Assembly: GCA_034520805.1 (NCBI GenBank)
Contig: JAXHNG010000008.1
Location: 489,513-553,512 of the forward strand
Direction of reading: 5' to 3'
Length of the DNA: 64,000 nt
Origin: Lysobacterales bacterium
Lineage (GTDB): Bacteria; Pseudomonadota; Gammaproteobacteria; Xanthomonadales; Wenzhouxiangellaceae
Shown: piece by piece, positions 59,081-64,000 of the stretch
Position numbering within the stretch: the stretch's first letter is position 1
Layout of the letters: every line of letters starts with the position of its first letter
The notes under the pieces: generated by a model
What the model was told of the DNA's origin: nothing
What the model saw: only the letters and a program-made list of their open reading frames with translations
The model's database searches: none
Made by a program: the position numbers and the translations under genes

Positions 59081-59593
59081 TCACGAATCGGCAAGCAAGT
59101 CGACGTAGGCAACCTCGACGAGGTCCTTGGCGGCGATATGCAAGCACTCCATCAGGAACTGCGCCTCGGCCTCACCCGCGCCGGACGATTCGCCGTCAGA
59201 CAGCACGACTTCGAGCTCGAGGAAATCACCCAGGCCTTCGACATGATCGAGATGGATACGCGTGCGCCCGGCCAGGTAGAGAACTCGCTGCTTGCGCACC
59301 CGCCCGGTCTCGCCCAGCGCGTCGGCCAGAACAGCCCGCAGGCCCTCGGGATCATCGGTGGGCGTGATGCGGTATTCCGACTGCCCCGGACCGGCCTGAT
59401 CGGGACGACGGTAGAAGATCAGTTCACCGCTGCCGTTGCCGAAATCGCGCAGCTTCAGGCGACCGTCCCTGCAGCCGAAAAAGGTGTCGTCCTGCTGGAT
59501 GGTCCAGGGCCCTTCCTCGGCCACCCGGGATGCACGCTCGGCCATCTTCCCGGCGTCGGCCACGCGCGCCTTGATTTCGATGTTTCTCGCCAT
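59081..59593 (-). CDS. CYTH domain protein (class IV adenylate cyclase-like)
   Basis: NIEIKAR, GRLKLR, V.K.R, RIHLD.V.GLG.FLELEV. Confidence 0.9.
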   Translation of the reverse strand: MARNIEIKARVADAGKMAERASRVAEEGPWTIQQDDTFFGCRDGRLKLRDFGNGSGELIFYRRPDQAGPGQSEYRITPTDDPEGLRAVLADALGETGRVRKQRVLYLAGRTRIHLDHVEGLGDFLELEVVLSDGESSGAGEAEAQFLMECLHIAAKDLVEVAYVDLLADS

Positions 59594-59598
59594 GCCGT

Positions 59599-60546
59599 TC
59601 AGGACTCCGCCTGCGGGCTCTTCTCTTCGATCAACTCGCGATGGACCCGCACCGCCGTATTGCGCGGCCGGATCGGCCGGTCATCGGCCTCCAGGCGCGA
59701 TCGGCAGACGGACGCGCCGAAGAGCAGGATCAACGACGAGTAGTTGACCCACAGCAACAGCAGCACGAGTGACCCGGCCGCACCGTAGGCCGAAGCCGCC
59801 GCGGTATTGGCCAGGTACCAGGCGATGAGGGAACGCCCCAGCGTGAACAACAGCGCCGTGATAAAGGCACCGGCCAGCACGTCGGACCAGCGCAGCACTA
59901 CGTCCGGCAGTATCCGGAAGATCGCGGCGAACAGCATCGTGACGATCGTCAGCGACAGCAGTATTTCGACGCCGATCATGGCCCAGCCGGGAATCGGAAG
60001 CCACAGCTCGGCGTGGGCCATCACGGCACGGACCACGACGCTGAGCAGCAGCGACACCAGCAGGATAAATCCTATTGCGAGCACGATCGTCAGCGACAGC
60101 ACGCGCGACCGGAAGAACAGCCAGGCGCTGTTACGCGTCGGCCGCGGCGCAACGTCCCAGATCTGGTTGAGCGACTTCTGCATCTGGGCGAACACCGTCG
60201 TCGCGCCCACCGCCGTGGCCGCGATGCCCGCAATGGTCGGCCACAGGCCGCCGCCCTCGATCTGGGAGTTCTGGATGGCCGTCTCGACCACGCCACTGGC
60301 CTGGGCGCCGAGCACGGCCTCGACCTGGCCCATCAGTTCGGCCCTTGCGGTTTCCTCGCCCAGGACCACGCCCACCAGGGCGACGATCACGATCATGACC
60401 GGCGCGATCGAAAACACCGTAAAAAAGGCCAGCGCCGCGGCGTAGATGAAGGCCTGGCTCTCCATCCAGTTGCGGCCGGCGGCCGCCAGGATGCCCAGCC
60501 AGCGTTCTATGGGGGCGGGAATATGCTTGCGGACTGTCTGGAACAT
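59599..60546 (-). CDS. YihY/BrkB family membrane protein
   Basis: AAALAFFTVFSIAP, LNQIW, YGAAGSL..LLLWV.YS. Confidence 0.9.
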   Translation of the reverse strand: MFQTVRKHIPAPIERWLGILAAAGRNWMESQAFIYAAALAFFTVFSIAPVMIVIVALVGVVLGEETARAELMGQVEAVLGAQASGVVETAIQNSQIEGGGLWPTIAGIAATAVGATTVFAQMQKSLNQIWDVAPRPTRNSAWLFFRSRVLSLTIVLAIGFILLVSLLLSVVVRAVMAHAELWLPIPGWAMIGVEILLSLTIVTMLFAAIFRILPDVVLRWSDVLAGAFITALLFTLGRSLIAWYLANTAAASAYGAAGSLVLLLLWVNYSSLILLFGASVCRSRLEADDRPIRPRNTAVRVHRELIEEKSPQAES

Positions 60547-60583
60547 TGCTGAGAGCATACCCGATAAAGGTAAACTTGAAGCC

Positions 60584-61330
60584 ATGGCCCGCGTACTCGT
60601 CTGTCAGCACGTTGCCGCCGAGCCCCTGGGGTTGCTCGACCCCATGCTGCGACAGCGCGGCCACCGCATCCGCTACGTCAACTTCGCAAGGGATCCCGAA
60701 GCGAAACCGCGACTGGACCGTTACCAGGCGCTGATCGTGCTTGGCGGACCCATGCAGGTTGGACAAAGCCGTAAATACCCGCACCTGACCACGGAATGCC
60801 GACTGATCGAGCAAGCGTTGCACGACGAAAAGCCCCTGCTCGGCATCTGCCTGGGCGCGCAATTGCTGGCGCACGTCGAAGGCGCTCGAGTCGGACCGAG
60901 CCCCCGAGCGGAGATCGGCTGGTACACGGTTGCCCCGGAGGGAGCAACAGGCTCGGACCCGGTGCTTTCTCCCCTAATGGCACCGGCACCGATCTTTCAG
61001 TGGCATCACTGGGGCTTCGATTGCCCGGACGGAGCGACGAGCCTTGCCACTCACGCCGAAAGCGGCTGCCAGGCCTTCCGGTCCGGGGAACACGCCTGGG
61101 GCTTTCAATTCCACCTCGAGCTGGACGGCCGCCTGATCGATCGCTGGCTCAGCCTGCCCTTCTATCTCGACGACCTCGCCGGCTCCGGACTGGACCGGTC
61201 GAGCGAGGCGATACACATGGACAACCGCAGGCATCTTCCAGGCAGCCTGGCCCTCGCCGAAGCCGTATTCGGCCGATGGCTGGACCGGCTCGGCTCCCCG
61301 GAAAAGCGCCTAGTCCTCGGCAGCCGCTGA
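60584..61330 (+). CDS. Type 1 glutamine amidotransferase-like protein
   Basis: QH...E..G, LGGPM, LGICLGAQL, FQWH, FQFHLE. Confidence 0.9.
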   Translation: MARVLVCQHVAAEPLGLLDPMLRQRGHRIRYVNFARDPEAKPRLDRYQALIVLGGPMQVGQSRKYPHLTTECRLIEQALHDEKPLLGICLGAQLLAHVEGARVGPSPRAEIGWYTVAPEGATGSDPVLSPLMAPAPIFQWHHWGFDCPDGATSLATHAESGCQAFRSGEHAWGFQFHLELDGRLIDRWLSLPFYLDDLAGSGLDRSSEAIHMDNRRHLPGSLALAEAVFGRWLDRLGSPEKRLVLGSR

Positions 61331-61391
61331 CTTGCCGCCGGCCAGTTTGACTGCGTGATCACCTGGATACGGCTATGCGCGAATGCCTCGC

Positions 61392-63209
61392 TCAAAGCCC
61401 CAGGTCCTGCCAGCGGAGCGGTTCGCCCGGCGGCGCCGGGTCCGGGTCGATGATCCGGTCGTCGCCGATCGAGCCGCCACCTTCGAGCCCATCGCGCACG
61501 CGATCGAGCGCACGCCAGGCATAGGGCAAGAGCGGAACGTACTCGCCGGCGACGCCTGGCGCACCCAGCAGCACGTCAAAGTGCTGGGCCCTGTTCACTT
61601 CCCAGTAGGTCACGTTGGCGCCGTTGGCGCGCGCCTGCTCGACCCAGGGCCGGCTGCTGAAGGCTGCTGGAATCAAGCCGTCGTTGGCGCCGTGGATGAC
61701 CATAACCGGCGCTTTGCCGGGTAAACGCGCGGATGCCCGAACCGCTTCGACGGCCTCACGCACTTGTCGCGTTTCCCCGCCCTTGCCGGACCACAGCCCG
61801 CGCAGGCATCTCAATGCGGGCAACTGCGCGTCCTGGCCTTCACCCATCGAGTCGGTGAGGACGATGCCCTCTCCCGCGCCGACGCCGGAATGCACGGCCC
61901 ACCAGGAATGCTTCTGAGCGGGCGTGGCTTCCGGCGCGCTGTAGGCAAAACCGCAGGGCATATCGAACGGCCCGCGCTGCAGATAGGCCGAGGCATAGCT
62001 CGCGCCGACCGTGCGCCAAAGCCCCAGCGTGACGTTGACCGCCGACTGGCTCAGCGCCGCATCCTCGAAACCCAGTTCGTTCAGGCGCGCCCGCGCCGCC
62101 TGCGCACTGGCATCCTCCAGCAAGCCGGCGCGAACCAGCGATGCGCAGCGCACCTCACCCATGGCCGCGAGCATCGGATTGCCCAGCGGCATGTCGCCGA
62201 CCGCGTCGAGATCGGCCAGCAAGCAGGGCTGGAAAAGCGCGGCGGCCGTGGCGTAGTCGTACAAGGGCGGCGCGTCAGGTGGCGTGATGTTGGGCGAGAC
62301 GGCTACCACCGCATCGAGCAGGCCGCCTTCATCCTGTTCGGCGGCATGCAGCACGGCACCGCCGCCGTTAGACAGTCCTGCCGCGATCACGCGGGTATTT
62401 TCCGGCGAGAAATCGCCTTCCATTTCGTCGGACAGAACGCTGAGTCCGAACTCGGCCGCGGCCAGGACGTGACGGCCCCAGTCGGCCTCGGGGTTGTCAC
62501 CCGAATGCACGTGCGGCAATGCGACGGTCGCCGGATCCGGCGCCGGGTCTTCGGACTCTTCCTCAACCTGCGGCATGACTTCGGGCTCGAAGCCCAGCTC
62601 TGCTTCTCCCCGCTCGGCGCGGGTGCCGTCGAGGGCCACGCCGGTTTCGGTCGAATAGTCGAAGAAGTCGGTGCCGGCGCCCTTGTCGGTGTAGGCGACT
62701 GCACAGCCGGCGGGCAGCGCCCAGGGACCGGCCAGCGCGATCGCACCGTAGACGCCGCGAGACCCGGAGGCCGGCGCCACCACCATACAGGGCGATTCGG
62801 TATCGAAAGCGTCCGGCAGCTGCAGCAGAACCCGGATGGGGTGCGTGGCACCTTCGACGGTCACGAATGCCTGGAACTCGCGACCCGGCACCGACGCCAG
62901 CTCGTCGAGCAGCCCGCCGAGGCCGCCTGCCGGGGTAAAACTCTGGATCCCGGTCCAGGACTTGTGGATGGCCATGCGGCGCAATTCCGCGGGCGTGGGT
63001 GCTTCCGGGTCAGCCGGCTGTGGGGCCTTGCCCGCCAGCCCGTCCAGACCCAGCCCCGCGGTCAGCAAGTCGTCGCCGTCGCGGTGCTCGGTCGCGCGGA
63101 TGTCGAGATTCGCGGCGGTTTCATTGCCGCCGGACGAATCCCGGCCCGGATCACAGGCGACCAGAAACAGCGTCGCAAGCAGGAAAACAATCAGTCTCGA
63201 TCGCATCAT
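61392..63209 (-). CDS. D-(-)-3-hydroxybutyrate oligomer hydrolase family lipoprotein
   Basis: DDLLTAGLG, SGSRGVYGA, GCAVAYTDKG, HSGDNPEADWG, LSNGGGA, HG..D, AQHFD; FLVAC lipobox. Confidence 0.85.
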   Translation of the reverse strand: MMRSRLIVFLLATLFLVACDPGRDSSGGNETAANLDIRATEHRDGDDLLTAGLGLDGLAGKAPQPADPEAPTPAELRRMAIHKSWTGIQSFTPAGGLGGLLDELASVPGREFQAFVTVEGATHPIRVLLQLPDAFDTESPCMVVAPASGSRGVYGAIALAGPWALPAGCAVAYTDKGAGTDFFDYSTETGVALDGTRAERGEAELGFEPEVMPQVEEESEDPAPDPATVALPHVHSGDNPEADWGRHVLAAAEFGLSVLSDEMEGDFSPENTRVIAAGLSNGGGAVLHAAEQDEGGLLDAVVAVSPNITPPDAPPLYDYATAAALFQPCLLADLDAVGDMPLGNPMLAAMGEVRCASLVRAGLLEDASAQAARARLNELGFEDAALSQSAVNVTLGLWRTVGASYASAYLQRGPFDMPCGFAYSAPEATPAQKHSWWAVHSGVGAGEGIVLTDSMGEGQDAQLPALRCLRGLWSGKGGETRQVREAVEAVRASARLPGKAPVMVIHGANDGLIPAAFSSRPWVEQARANGANVTYWEVNRAQHFDVLLGAPGVAGEYVPLLPYAWRALDRVRDGLEGGGSIGDDRIIDPDPAPPGEPLRWQDLGL

Positions 63210-63385
63210 CGGCTCTCTGGAATATTTCGGGTTGGGAAAAATTGTTATTGTCATTATTGCGATCGTCACTTTAGCAGGGCGCACGCGCGCGCCCGCAATG
63301 GACTTTGGTACAGCAGTCGGCGACCGGACCCTCTGCTAGGCTATTTAGCTTGTTGAGTTAACCCCACCGGGAGCCTGAAGCGACC

Positions 63386-64000
63386 ATGAACGACCGTCCC
63401 CTGCGGATCCTGATTACCGGCGCCGGAAGCGGCATCGGCGCCGGCATTGCGGCCGACCTGGCCCGAGCCGGCCACACCATCCTGGCCACCGACCTCAACG
63501 CCGACGCCGCCGATGCCACCGCCGCAGCGATCAAAGAGGCCGGCGGCAAGGCCAGCGCCTTCGCCCTGGACGTCACCAGCGACGAAGACGTCGATCGACT
63601 GGTGACCGAGCTGGGCGGCAAGGTCGACGTACTGGTCAACAATGCCGGGCTGCAGCACGTCGCGCGCCTGGAGGACTTTCCGATGGACAAGTGGGATCAG
63701 CTCGTGCAGGTCATGCTCACGGGCAGCGCCCGGCTGACACGCGCCCTGCTGCCCGGCATGCGTGAACGGGGCTTCGGTCGCATCGTCAATATCGGATCGA
63801 TCCACTCGCTCGTGGGCAGCCCGTTCAAGAGCGCCTACGTCGCCGCCAAGCACGGCCTGACCGGCTTCTCCAAGGTGCTGGCGCTTGAGACGGCCGACAC
63901 CGACATCACCATCAACACGGTCTGTCCAACCTACGTCAAGACGCCGCTGGTCGAAAAGCAGATCGCCGACCAGGCGAAGACGCACGGCATTTCCGAAGAC
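63386..64000 (+). CDS. bdhA: 3-hydroxybutyrate dehydrogenase (partial, runs off the window)
   Basis: My translation: ITGAGSGIG, NNAGLQHV, GRIVNIGSIHS, KSAYVAAKHG, CP.YVKTPLV..QI. Confidence 0.9.
   Translation, partial: MNDRPLRILITGAGSGIGAGIAADLARAGHTILATDLNADAADATAAAIKEAGGKASAFALDVTSDEDVDRLVTELGGKVDVLVNNAGLQHVARLEDFPMDKWDQLVQVMLTGSARLTRALLPGMRERGFGRIVNIGSIHSLVGSPFKSAYVAAKHGLTGFSKVLALETADTDITINTVCPTYVKTPLVEKQIADQAKTHGISED

Noticed and set aside
63341-63985. 214-aa - strand ORF at the window end
   Set aside because: Antisense to bdhA, which is missing from the ORF track only because it has no stop within the window

Overview
GC-rich gammaproteobacterial core chromosome; gene content and order suggest a Xanthomonadales/Wenzhouxiangella-like organism (inference). 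About 56 CDS: rmlBACD-manC, ssb, ispB, perM-murL-murD2 (alternative peptidoglycan D-Glu route), icd, dsrE/dsrF/dsrC-like genes plus grxC, bepA-ppk1-ppx-epmA, phrB, the aroC-asd-fimV-truA-trpFBA-accD-folC-dedD-cvpA-purF run, ETF-QO, tesA/ybbAP, MATE, rarA, an acyl-CoA ligase, a GTDC1/QTMAN-like glycosyltransferase, a 14-repeat FG-GAP protein, a vWA-ECF sigma module, and 3-hydroxybutyrate oligomer hydrolase/bdhA. I saw no rRNA, tRNA, CRISPR array, transposase or prophage. The least explained signal is non-coding. It comprises three ERIC-like MITEs (two share a covarying internal module; one supplies the grxC stop codon), GTAG REPs with a compensatory change, 7-mer and 8-mer short-period repeats at gene junctions, and a recurring -10 hexamer 6-8 nt upstream of ATG (leaderless-type starts). 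All product calls come from motif recognition by eye, with no database search.
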